IMG/VR virus record: IMGVR_UViG_2061766007_000025
DNA: 64,000 nucleotides
Reading direction: 5' to 3' (one strand)
Origin: an uncultured virus (IMG/VR IMGVR_UViG_2061766007_000025)
Lineage: Duplodnaviria > Heunggongvirae > Uroviricota > Caudoviricetes
Each line of letters opens with the position of its first letter. The first letter of the stretch is position 1. The notes under the pieces were generated by a model. That model did not search any database. It had not been told where the DNA came from and saw only the letters and a program-made list of their open reading frames with translations. A program made the translations under genes and the position numbers. This document shows, piece after piece, positions 18,810 to 29,080 of this stretch.

Positions 18810-21800
18810 TTATGCTACATCGCTATTTGAAAAGTATTCCTTCTGTCTTTCTTTAATAGCTTGAATCTTATTAATATCAGATTGACTATAGTTATTTCTT
18901 CCAAGATACATTAATGTATTAGCATTAATTATAGTATCTCTTTGAACCATAACATCCATATTCATCTTTCCATCAATCTTAGAAATATACATACAATTTC
19001 TAGGATTAAAGATAACATAAGCTCTCTCAAAGAAAGGCTGAGAAATAATGAAAAAGATATTTAATACATCGCTTGTGTTCAGTAAAGTTCGCAACACCTT
19101 ACCCGTCTTATAAAAAGACAGCTTTAACTTTCTATCATTAAAGGCCAGATCATATGTCTATCATAGAATTAAATATAATAATTCCTTAGATACGGATTTT
19201 TCTTCCACCATTAGCTTGTGGTTCTACTACCTCGTCAAGGTATGATCGTTGAACGTTTACCATATTTAAATATAAACTTTAGGTATTTCGCTGCTAAACT
19301 GAAGATATCATATTCTAATTTTTTAAACTATCACGCTTGACATTTCTATCTACGTTGTAGTATAGAATCATTTCTTCCTTCAAAGCAATAAACACGTTAT
19401 GAAGTATATATGTTTCCATATATACTGAGCATAGATTAAAGATATTATTTTTGGTAAGGATTTGCACCTTACATGATGGTTATATCGTTCTCCTGTACAA
19501 GCAGATCAAAAGGTTACGACCCTTGTTGCTCTGTTAACTTGATTTTCCCTTCGTTCTACGTGCGACTACCTATTCCGCCACTATAATATCTTTTAATCTA
19601 GTAAATTTACTCCATCAAACATAATATAGTATACCTTATAAAAGATATACTATATAAATAGACTATATCATAATCTTATAATAATAAGATTCGCCCTTTT
19701 TCGGTTTAAAGATGACTAATTGCCGCTTGCATCTACCTATAATTATTATAGGCCCTACGATGTTTGTTTCTAGTCGTTGAACATTCTTCTATTTATAGAA
19801 GCTTCGCTGCTGATTACTTATTATAAATATACTAGTCTTTTGAACCGTATAAATCTTTGATATTTTTTCTAGCTCTCGCTCGCATTCACATTTATTCTTA
19901 CGAATTATGTTGTAGCCATCAAAGCTTTAAAGCGTTCCAGCAATTTAAGGCGTTATTTCAATCTATATCACTATAGAAAGGGACCTTGAATAAAGATGTG
20001 CTTAAACAGCTTTATAAAGTTGATCCGCGGCTAAACTTTTTAACACCTGTAAAGGTATTGACATTGTTAGCGTGTCTGTATATCCAATACAAAACATCTG
20101 AAGTATTGCGTTATCTTCACTATAGTTCGCTAAACTATAGCAGTTCTCTTATGAACTTCTCTAGAATTTATCTAGACGACGAGACTATATCATCACCCAC
20201 TTATTTCAGTTGGGGTGCCGTGCACTTGGAATCCGCTTGGATTCTACATGGCTACACTCATCACCATTAGTCGTTGAATATATTTGTTATGTTATACTAG
20301 AAATAAAAGTTTCATTTCTAACTTTTATTTATCAACAAATATACTGCTGATTAGACATTGTAATAATCCTTAGACTTACTATCGTCATAGATCATCTCTC
20401 AACTTGTTTCTGACTTTCGTCACCATATGTTAATATGGCATGAGAGCTTTAGCCTTTCCCAGCAATTCACACAGTAGTTTTTACTAAGAATTCCTTCTTA
20501 GCCGGTCTATTACTTAAACCATAATTTCGTTATCTTCACATAGTTCGTTACACTATGCAGTTCTCTTATGAACTTCTCTAGAAGTTATCTAGAAGACGAG
20601 ACTATATCTTAACTTGCTTACAAAGTTTTCACCATTTCGATTTAAAGGGACTTACTACCCTAAATGCCCTACTCACTTGAGCTCTAACCTCAGGTCTAAT
20701 TATCTATAAGGATTATTAAACCACTCAGATAGTCGTTGAACCTTACTCTATTTTATAATCATAGAGTCTTGGCTGCTGATTGTTCAATCTTAATATTTTT
20801 TAAACATTCACACTCATCTTTACAGATCATGTTGTAGTATATTAAGCATAAGAATATTCCAGCAATTAGATGAATTTCAATATATAATATTAGAGATGTA
20901 AGCTATATTATATATTCAACGTAATTAATCCAAAATATTTTTTAATTATTATAATGCATATATAATAATTAAAAATCAATGTAGGATTACGACATTGTGG
21001 GGTTTCTATTAATTATAACTGGTATACCTTCAGGTGTACTATGTATTATAGCATCCAGAATTTCACATACTCTTGGATCTTTTTGTGCCATAGCTCTTTG
21101 CCATATAACATAAGCATCAGATGGGCTAATATTATATGTACGTATAAGAATATTGATAATTCTTTGCTGCATACATTTAACTAGAGCTACATATGGTAAT
21201 AATACCTGATCTATTCTTAAGCCATCTGACTGTCTTATTACACTTCTGACAGACATATTGTTAATTTTTCTATAGTAATTAGCTATAGTTTAGACTATAT
21301 CTTAATCCATAATAATATAATAATATGGACCTGTACCGTTTCGATTTAAAGAGACTTACATTGGACCTAGTAATGCTCTACCAAGTTTTTCTTGGCTCTA
21401 CTCTCTCACGAGATAGTCGTTGAACGTTCTTCTATAATAAATAGAAGCTTCGTTGCTGATTATGCATTATTATTAAACCTTAGGACTTATATAACCTCTG
21501 TCAAAATTATATAAGCTTTTATTTCACCATAGTTCATCCCTTAACTTGTTTCTGACTTTCGTCTCCATATAGGCATAAGGGCATTAGCAACTCCCAGCAA
21601 TTAGGTACATTAGATTGCACCGCTTACACGATACAATGCCACAACTTTAGCGTCCAGCCATTAATGATCTTATCTGACCTTTCTTTCCTGATAAGGTTTT
21701 AATTACCAGATTTACAAGTTCCATATATTTCATTTGAACTTTATATAGCTCTGAGTTCTTCGTAACTTTATCTCTATTTATCTTTCTAGAATCCTTATTT

Positions 21801-22621
21801 ATAGAATACACATGTTTATTGATCATATTATATAATGCATTAGCTGGTTCAAAATACATAGAACCATCTCTTACATCTGCTGGTCTAAGATGTGTAGTAT
21901 ATACAGGAATAGAATGAGTAAATACTTTTTCTCTATTATTCTTGATTTCTAAGAAATAATCTAACTTCTTAGGATTTAGATTCATATAATAATCTAATAT
22001 CTCATCGAACCTTTCATAGAATTCTATCATACCTATACCATAAAATGGTTCTTTATCTGGATGAAAAGCGCATGGTGATATAAAACCATTCTGGTCTATC
22101 TCCGGAGAATAGTTAATAATATTCTCTAATTTAGTACCTTTAATTTTCTTTCTTGCAGTATTATAAGGAGAGCTACCCATAATATAGTTTAATGATTCAT
22201 AAAACTTAGGATGGATAATATGATAATCGTCTTTTAATATAATCCAACCAAAGATAGATAAGTTATCATCAACAAACTTACATTTCTTATGACATACAGG
22301 ACATTCTATATTATGATTAATTCTAGATCTTAAGAATCCACATTCGCATGAATATCTATCTGCATATGGGTTCTGATCTCCAATCTTTTGTCCAAACTTA
22401 GGACTATAAATACCATCTGGATCTTTTAGCATTTTCTTTGTAGTAGCTTTTGGTGCTGAGATTTTAAAACCTCTTCCGCTAGATAAGTCTTCCTGACATT
22501 CTTTATCAAAGTCTATAACTTCGATAGTAGAATAATAATCATATTCATTAGATCTAGGATATGTCATTCTGACATTTAGATTTACTTTTGGTTCAGGAAC
22601 AGAATCAAATTCTTTTTCCAT
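18810..22621 (-). CDS. RNA polymerase beta'-like (N-terminal/catalytic) subunit, six exons: 22621-21649, 21261-20994, 20527-20517, 20108-20023, 19619-19610, 19069-18810
   Basis: Joined exons total 1608 nt (535 aa + stop) with Zn finger (CECG...CPVC), SGKKGQIRSLMAGRYNMSVRSVI, NRNPTINYGS and LAADFDGDVLN. Confidence 0.9.
19070..19609 (-). ncRNA. Group I intron 5 of RNAP beta'-like gene (splits DFDG^D); carries a tRNA-like insert in P1
   Basis: TATTGCT (P), TAGCAGCGAA (Q), TTCAACGATCA (R), ATATGATC (S); ends AAGCG; 5' boundary uncertain by 1 nt. Confidence 0.85.
19432..19600 (-). ncRNA. tRNA-Leu-like RNA without anticodon arm, copy 1 (inside intron 5)
   Basis: GTGGCGGAATAGGTAGTCGC D arm, ATGTAAGG-TGCAAAT-CCTTAC T arm, ~17-bp closing stem. 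Confidence 0.75.
19620..20022 (-). ncRNA. Group I intron 4 of RNAP beta'-like gene (AD^FDGD)
   Basis: P1 GGAU/GUCC with U.G, P10 UCAAG/UUUGA, AATTGCTGGAA, AATCAGCAGCGAAG, TTCAACGACTA, GATATAGTC, terminal G. Confidence 0.9.
20109..20516 (-). ncRNA. Group I intron 3 of RNAP beta'-like gene
   Basis: P1 GGUU/GACC, AATTGCTGGGAA, AATCAGCAG, TTCAACGACTA, GATATAGTC, ends GATAACG. Confidence 0.9.
20528..20993 (-). ncRNA. Group I intron 2 of RNAP beta'-like gene
   Basis: Extended P1 CAAU|GU/ACGUUG enclosing an AU-rich hairpin; P, Q, R, S elements present; ends GATAACG. Confidence 0.9.
21262..21648 (-). ncRNA. Group I intron 1 of RNAP beta'-like gene (apparent terminal A)
   Basis: P1 GCU/GGC, P10 GUUGU/ACAAU, AATTGCTGGGA, AATCAGCAACGAAG, TTCAACGACTA, AAGATATAGTC. 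Confidence 0.85.
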
Positions 22622-22632
22622 ATAATCACCTC

Positions 22633-22836
22633 TTAATTTACGCCTTTGATAGTATTATATACATCTTTTCTTCTCTGTGAGATTACTGTAGATATGACTT
22701 CTCTAAGTCTATTACATGTTTCACCATCTAACTTCTCAAAGTTTATGGTAAGTGATCCATCTCCTATAGCTTTCTCCATACGACAAATCTCATTGTATGA
22801 ATCTTCATAGTTATTTAATCCTTCCATGCATATCAC
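22633..22836 (-). CDS. Small hypothetical protein
   Basis: 67 aa, GGAGGTG RBS, immediately upstream of the RNAP gene. Confidence 0.6.
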   Translation of the reverse strand: MICMEGLNNYEDSYNEICRMEKAIGDGSLTINFEKLDGETCNRLREVISTVISQRRKDVYNTIKGVN

Positions 22837-23061
22837 CTCCTCTAATTTTATAATATATTAATCTTTATTAGATTATTAAGATTTAGGAACTACTAAAAAA
22901 TTAGTAGTTATATAGTGTTATTTATATGTCTTTAGGTATGTATAAATTTATTAATCCACACATACCTACATATTTATTATATATTTTTAGAATAAATATT
23001 ACTATAAACTTTATATTTGGAACTTCTATATAATGAATAAACAAGAAAAGGTGGGATATTA

Positions 23062-24411
23062 ATGTCTAGAAAGATAGTATCTGCACTTACTGCAAGTGAA
23101 GGTATGACTAGTATAAGACGAGATGCCGAACCATGTGAAAGAGTAACAGAATTATATTCTAGCCTTACACTTCCTAGTTATGCTAATGGATATAATATAG
23201 CAATAGAATATATGTATAATTGGTTTGCTGAGAAATTTCCACATGATTATTTTAGAGGTGGAATTTATGTAGATGCAAAACATGTATTGGATGAATATAA
23301 GCAAATATGTAAAACTCTTGTAAAGAAAGAGAATCCTAAAGCTAGAATAGTACCTACATTAGACTTTGATTATGACAGAGATGGATTAGATGTATATAAT
23401 GCTCCTCCGGAATTATATATTAAGAGATCAAAATATCAAGATTCTTTCTTTAAAGATTATGAAAGAAATATGTTCTTTGGATTTGCTATGAGAGCACAAA
23501 AAATGAACTTCAACTTCAAAGTTAGAGTTAATACAAGAATGCAGCAATTGGATATAATGAATAAGATAGAGCTTAACTTTAGAATAGGTTCTACACAAAC
23601 TAACTATATATCTGTAGATCTTCATGTACCAAAGCCTAGAATGATAGATATAGCAAGAAGAGCAGGATTTGAAATAAAAAATAATGAGATAGTAGATATA
23701 TTAGATTTTATCAATTACTTCAATCAACATAGTGATTTACCTCTTATGTTTAAGATAAGAGCAGTAAATCAAAAACCAGAATTCTTTATTAGAATTAACG
23801 ATCTTTATACTCATATATTCTGCAGAGACAAGCTACAAAAAGATGATGGAGAACGAGATGGTAAACTTGATTTTAACTTCCATGTAGAATTTGAAGCTGA
23901 ATTAATTATACCAGTACCTCATTATTATGTATTGTACTCTGAAGAAGAGATACAAGAAACTGTAGGATCTATAGAGCGTAAAGATGAAGGTCAATATGCT
24001 ATGTATAGTATTAATATTATAGATATTCCTAAGATTGATGAACATGGATGGAATCAAGCAGCTATTACATCATATGCTACAGATAAAGATGATATTAGTA
24101 TGGATTTATCTGCTATATTCAGTGGTAATAATGTATTAGCAAAAACAATACATCATGATATGCTTAATGGAGTATCACCAAGTCACTTTATTAATATTAA
24201 AGCATATGAAGATCAAGATCTTGCTAAAGAAGTACCTATTAAGATGGACTGGAATACATATACTGCATACTTTGATAATCCTATACATGAAACAATATTA
24301 CAAATAGCAATATATTATGATAGAGTATATATAAATGAACTAGATAAAGAACTTAACAATTATAAAATTACTAGATATGGTGATGCAGTACATGATCCTA
24401 GAGTAAATTAA
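23062..24411 (+). CDS. Hypothetical protein, possibly virion structural
   Basis: 449-aa ORF; AACT-N6-TA variant motif upstream, terminator downstream. Confidence 0.65.
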   Translation: MSRKIVSALTASEGMTSIRRDAEPCERVTELYSSLTLPSYANGYNIAIEYMYNWFAEKFPHDYFRGGIYVDAKHVLDEYKQICKTLVKKENPKARIVPTLDFDYDRDGLDVYNAPPELYIKRSKYQDSFFKDYERNMFFGFAMRAQKMNFNFKVRVNTRMQQLDIMNKIELNFRIGSTQTNYISVDLHVPKPRMIDIARRAGFEIKNNEIVDILDFINYFNQHSDLPLMFKIRAVNQKPEFFIRINDLYTHIFCRDKLQKDDGERDGKLDFNFHVEFEAELIIPVPHYYVLYSEEEIQETVGSIERKDEGQYAMYSINIIDIPKIDEHGWNQAAITSYATDKDDISMDLSAIFSGNNVLAKTIHHDMLNGVSPSHFINIKAYEDQDLAKEVPIKMDWNTYTAYFDNPIHETILQIAIYYDRVYINELDKELNNYKITRYGDAVHDPRVN

Positions 24412-24418
24412 AAATAAA

Positions 24419-24445
24419 CCCCAGTGAGTGATAAGCTCACTGGGG
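24419..24445. terminator. Bidirectional terminator-like hairpin
   Basis: CCCCAGTGAG/CTCACTGGGG. Confidence 0.75.
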
Positions 24446-24454
24446 GATATTATA

Positions 24455-25075
24455 CTAATCTCCATAATCTCCAAACATAGATCCTAATACAAAATCCAAA
24501 CAATAATCATCTCCATATTTCTGTATTAAATAATTTGAAGAATTTTGGTTATGACATGTTGGACCAATTTCATCAGCATCTTTGTTTGTATAAAAATGCT
24601 TACACTTATAACAGCTATATTTTTCTTTATTTATTTTTTCTAATGTCTGTTTAACTTTTTCTATATTAGGAGTCTTATAGTTTGTTATATTTTCCATCTC
24701 TGGTATATCTATAGACTTATCAGAATCTTCTTTACTAGCAGCAGTACCTTGCTCTAAAATAGAATCAAAAGCTTTATTCATCTTAGGAAGCATTCTAGCT
24801 ATCCAATCAACTAAAGCTTCATCATTATCATACGACACTCCACTTTCTGCGCAGAAAGCATGTACTAATTCATGCCTTAGTACTTCATAATATCTTTCCT
24901 CTTTATTATTATAGTTACTGCCTTCGCTAAGCATAGATTCTCTAGACTTTACTATAATCTCTTTAGAATATGGTCTACAGAATCCATCAAAACCATCATC
25001 ATGAAATACTTTATTAGTATTCTCTTCATATACAGTATAATCTGTACCTAATATACTTACAGTTGCAATACTCAT
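24455..25075 (-). CDS. Putative zinc metallopeptidase-domain protein
   Basis: LRHELVHAF (HExxH) with downstream E (DEALVDW); C-terminal Cys cluster. Confidence 0.65.
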   Translation of the reverse strand: MSIATVSILGTDYTVYEENTNKVFHDDGFDGFCRPYSKEIIVKSRESMLSEGSNYNNKEERYYEVLRHELVHAFCAESGVSYDNDEALVDWIARMLPKMNKAFDSILEQGTAASKEDSDKSIDIPEMENITNYKTPNIEKVKQTLEKINKEKYSCYKCKHFYTNKDADEIGPTCHNQNSSNYLIQKYGDDYCLDFVLGSMFGDYGD

Positions 25076-25172
25076 TAATAATTACCATCCTTATAAAAAA
25101 AATAATAAAAATATCTGTATGGCGGATTAGACCATACAGATATTATTTTATATGAATTTTCTTCTCCTCCAA

Positions 25173-25355
25173 TTAGCCTTCAACCTCTGCAGGCTTGGCT
25201 TCATTGGTATTATCTACAGGATGATGCTTTTCATCATAGATAATCTGATACTCTTCCTCAGTAATAACACCAAGTTTGAAATATCTATGTAACTGCTCAT
25301 CTGTTACATAACCTTTTAAATATCTTTTCTCAATTAATTTTGCCTTTGGACTCAT
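25173..25355 (-). CDS. XkdX-like protein
   Basis: Y..G...EQL...V/F..GVITEEEYQII pattern of XkdX tail-associated proteins. Confidence 0.7.
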   Translation of the reverse strand: MSPKAKLIEKRYLKGYVTDEQLHRYFKLGVITEEEYQIIYDEKHHPVDNTNEAKPAEVEG

Positions 25356-25357
25356 AA

Positions 25358-25621
25358 TTATTTATCCCCTTCCTTTTCTTCGTCTTCAACAAGCTCTAAC
25401 TCAAGATCTGTTACATACTGCTGAGTTTCTATTAAAGAAAGATCCATCTCAGTAATACTCTGTTCAGCTTCAATAATACTATTTGTATTATCATCAGCTT
25501 TACTATCTACTTTGTTAATTTCATCAGAATTCTTTTTATCTCCTACATTAACATTCTTAGATAATGTAAAGATACTATCAAATACCTGACCAAACTTCTG
25601 TATTAAAGTACTATCATCCAT
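25358..25621 (-). CDS. Small acidic coiled-coil protein preceding XkdX-like gene
   Basis: EQSITEMDL/QQYVTDLEL repeats; AACA-N6-TA at 25656-25667. Confidence 0.6.
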   Translation of the reverse strand: MDDSTLIQKFGQVFDSIFTLSKNVNVGDKKNSDEINKVDSKADDNTNSIIEAEQSITEMDLSLIETQQYVTDLELELVEDEEKEGDK

Positions 25622-25940
25622 ATACTATTACCCACCCTTCTATATTTTTATAGATTATTAAGATGTTGACTTTTTATAATATTTAACTATTCATCATCTA
25701 ACAATTCATCAAAAGTAAAATCAGATTCATGCTTTGAAATTTTCTCTATATAAAGGTTTACTTCCATTCTTTCTTTTTTAGTAGCAGGTCTCATATTATT
25801 AGTAATATCTTCTAATTTATCTTCAAAAAATATACATTCATCCATAATAATACCTCATAAGCATGGTATATAGGGAGCATACTGCCCTTATACAGGTGAT
25901 CATATATGCTCCGAATATACCCTATATGTTTAATTATAAA

Positions 25941-26273
25941 TTAATTAAACTCTAAAGTTTTACCAATATATTTCTTTATCTGCTCTTTCAAATCTTTTGG
26001 ATAAGTTTTGATTATATAATTAGTGTCTAATCCAATATGTACAATCTTATGATCTTTATCCAGTTCAACTTCACCAATAGTTCCTCCAGGAACTCTTATA
26101 GCAAGCATTCCATCATCATCAAGATTCTTATCTCGTATAAATATATAATGGCGAAAACTATAACCATATATATCTACATTATTTATACCAGATAACTTAT
26201 CAAGTTCTTCAGTCAGATCGCAATAATACTGACCAAATTCATCTGATGTATATGGCTTTTTGATTAATATCAT
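25941..26273 (-). CDS. Hypothetical protein
   Basis: 110 aa, ATGA-coupled to upstream ORF. Confidence 0.65.
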   Translation of the reverse strand: MILIKKPYTSDEFGQYYCDLTEELDKLSGINNVDIYGYSFRHYIFIRDKNLDDDGMLAIRVPGGTIGEVELDKDHKIVHIGLDTNYIIKTYPKDLKEQIKKYIGKTLEFN

Positions 26274-26698
26274 TTCAGCTCACCTATTTTCTCCATAGCA
26301 TAATCGATAACTTCTTTTATATCTTCTGTAGCTTTATCAACATTTTCATGAGTAACTATACTAGCTACAAGCATTTCTCTACATGCTGTTTTACTTGGTA
26401 TAATAGCTGATAATAATGATGTTATTGCAATAAATATTACAAGTCTTTTCATATATTTAGAGAATCTAATTCGAGTTTCACTATCTAATTCATCGCTAAT
26501 AGCATCTATCATATACGCAAAGCCAAATATTACTAGTATTACACCACCAACCACACTAATTATTGTCAAAAATACATCTAAAGTATTAGCAATGCTAATT
26601 AGATATATCCATATTGGATTTATGTAATATGTCATTATTAGCATCCTCCTTATATTCACTGCTCCAGAAATTTTCTTTACATATACCACATACACCAT
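26270..26698 (-). CDS. Membrane protein
   Basis: Two TM segments; true start probably the later MTYYINP. Confidence 0.6.
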   Translation of the reverse strand: MVYVVYVKKISGAVNIRRMLIMTYYINPIWIYLISIANTLDVFLTIISVVGGVILVIFGFAYMIDAISDELDSETRIRFSKYMKRLVIFIAITSLLSAIIPSKTACREMLVASIVTHENVDKATEDIKEVIDYAMEKIGELK

Positions 26699-27002
26699 AA
26701 CATACTTCTACCTGAAACCCAAGTTGCATTGGGCATGCTAAAGTATATGGTGTTATATGACTACGACCAACAATGTTGGGATAATGTCCAAATACTTCTT
26801 TAAATTTATCTTCCATAGAAATATAGTTCTTTTTATATTCTTTTTCTGGATAGGTATAGCATACATATCTTGGATGTCTACCAATAGCATTAGGATTTCT
26901 ATTATACTGGTCTAAATCCCAATATTCATGCCGGGTCTTATTTCCTTCTTTAATTTCTACATGAACTGTTTGCCCATCAATAGTTACTTTTTTAGGTTCC
27001 AT
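26595..27002 (-). CDS. Hypothetical protein
   Basis: 135 aa, C-terminal Cys cluster. Confidence 0.6.
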   Translation of the reverse strand: MEPKKVTIDGQTVHVEIKEGNKTRHEYWDLDQYNRNPNAIGRHPRYVCYTYPEKEYKKNYISMEDKFKEVFGHYPNIVGRSHITPYTLACPMQLGFQVEVCYGVCGICKENFWSSEYKEDANNDILHKSNMDISN

Positions 27003-27068
27003 TTACTATTTCCTCACTTTTAATATAAATATTTTATATATAGTATTATATCTTTATTCTTATTTATA

Positions 27069-28593
27069 TTATATGATCATATAATAGATTATTGCTAATA
27101 NNNNNNNNNNTTGATAGAATTGATATGGTAATGTAGACACTTCTATCCATGATGTTCCATTCCATTTATAATGTTTAGTAGTATTATAAGTACTACCTAG
27201 TATATGTATTTCATTATTATATACTACAGCAGAACCATCAGCAAAGTCATATGGTAATGTAGATACAGATGTCCATGATGTTCCATTCCATTTATAATGA
27301 TTAGTTCTAATATTACCATCACCCATTATATGTATTTCATTATTATATACTACTGCTGAACCTCTGTAAAATTCATATGGTAATGTAGATACAGATATCC
27401 ATGTACTACCATCCCATTTATAATGAGCATACATATTACTACCACCTAGTATATGTATTTCATTATTATATACTACAGCAGAACCTTGATAGAAATCATA
27501 TGGTAATATAGATACTTCTGTCCATGTAGTACCATTCCATTTATAATGTTTAGTATAATTACCACCACCACTACCTAATATATGTATTTCATTATTATAT
27601 ACTACAGCAGAACCACTATAAAACTCATATGGAAGATCATCTATATCAGTAGTATATGTAAATCCAGCTGCTGTCATACCGGTATCTTTACTTACCTTTG
27701 GTACTGAAACTGTACCGCTACCATTATGATATCCTGCTGGCACTAAATATGATTGATCTATAGTAGCGCTAGGATTTATAGTTTCATCTACAGCGCCATT
27801 ATCTGTCATACTACCTGTTATACCACTAGTGATAGTATTTGTAAATGTTTTTCCTGATAATACATTTGCTGCTACGGCATCTCCGACTTTNNNNNNNNNN
27901 TGCAGCATCTATATCGGCTTGCGACTTAAAAGACACGAATTGATTACTACCATTATAATAGCCGTAATTTCCTTCTACTATTCCTAAGTCAAATGGTAAT
28001 TTCTTTCCGTTAACAAAATCTCCATTAGAATCTACAGTTAATACTTGATTCTCTACTGGATTAGTTAAGCTAACATCTTCTAATTCTGCTAATCTACTAG
28101 ATCCACCACTACTTCCACCACCTGGAATTTTTTCAACATATATCTGTGTATCAGCTTCTATTCCGGTATCACTACTTACATTAGTACCTACTATTATACT
28201 ATTTCCTACACTAATAGGACTAGTTACTTTATATAAATGATTATTTACATATATTATGTCATCTATAGCATGTGGATACAAAGCAGTATCTTCATCATAA
28301 CATGCTTTAATCATATTAGCATTTCCATCACCGCCACCTTGACTAGGTGAAGCATCTGTAATAAAATACTCTATATCATCTGTTAATTTACTAGCTGGTA
28401 AATTATTATACTCACTCAGAGATACTTCCTGATGTACTACAATATTTCCATTAGTATCTGGAGTTTTGGAATCTACAGTTTTAACTAAACCATCAAGATT
28501 ATCATTAATTTCATCTAATAATCCATTTAATGTATCTAACTGACTGGCGTTAGGTAGTATCGTAGATACAGGGGTTGGAGTCGGATCACTCAT
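27069..28593 (-). CDS. Tail/adhesin protein with C-terminal Kelch-like repeats; one gene broken by N gaps
   Basis: ORFs 27826-28593 and 27069-27908 abut at the gap 27891-27900; N-terminus paralogous to 29081-30196 and 31091-32623. Confidence 0.65.
27111..27635 (-). repeat. Tandem ~120-bp coding repeats (Kelch-like)
   Basis: At least four copies of LPYxFYxGSAVVYNNEIHILG...HYKWNGTxWxxVS, truncated by a gap. Confidence 0.85.
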
Positions 28594-29080
28594 AATATAT
28601 ATCCTCCTTATATAAAATCATATTATAATTATGTTGAGGTGTACCTTTTTAATAACTGCATTTTTGTAAGTTTTTACATTAGCTTTAGTAATCTGTGCAT
28701 ATTATAGTGTAGTATCCTATTGATTTCTAAAACTTCTATCTCTATTTTTATGCTGTGATATAAATAATAACGATTAAAGAAACTATTATAAAAATAAACA
28801 TGCGGAATCAGAAAAGTTGATGGAGAGAAAGACAAAATAATACGGATTGGAGATTCCTACAATGGCTCGTTTCTCAAAATAATAAAAATAATCGGTATAG
28901 CCTGATAAAGGCTATACCGATATTACTATTTTAAAAAATCTTCATTAAGTGTAATTTTTACTTCTTTAAAAGTTTTTCATATTCTCCACCTCTCGGCTCA
29001 AATACCACGTTACTCTGCTTTCTTGTTAAGCTGCGTATCTTCCTCAGTACGTTGTTTTTAAAGTAGTACGGACTTTACTA

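Noticed and set aside
19505..19530. Resemblance of tRNA-like cargo to rRNA primer-site sequences (GTCGTAAC; TCCGCTTATT at ~49329)
   Set aside because: Matches are only 8-10 nt and not co-linear; indistinguishable from chance without a search
19986..20270. 94-aa plus-strand ORF as intron-encoded endonuclease
   Set aside because: Antisense to exon 4 and intron cores; no HNH, GIY-YIG or LAGLIDADG motif
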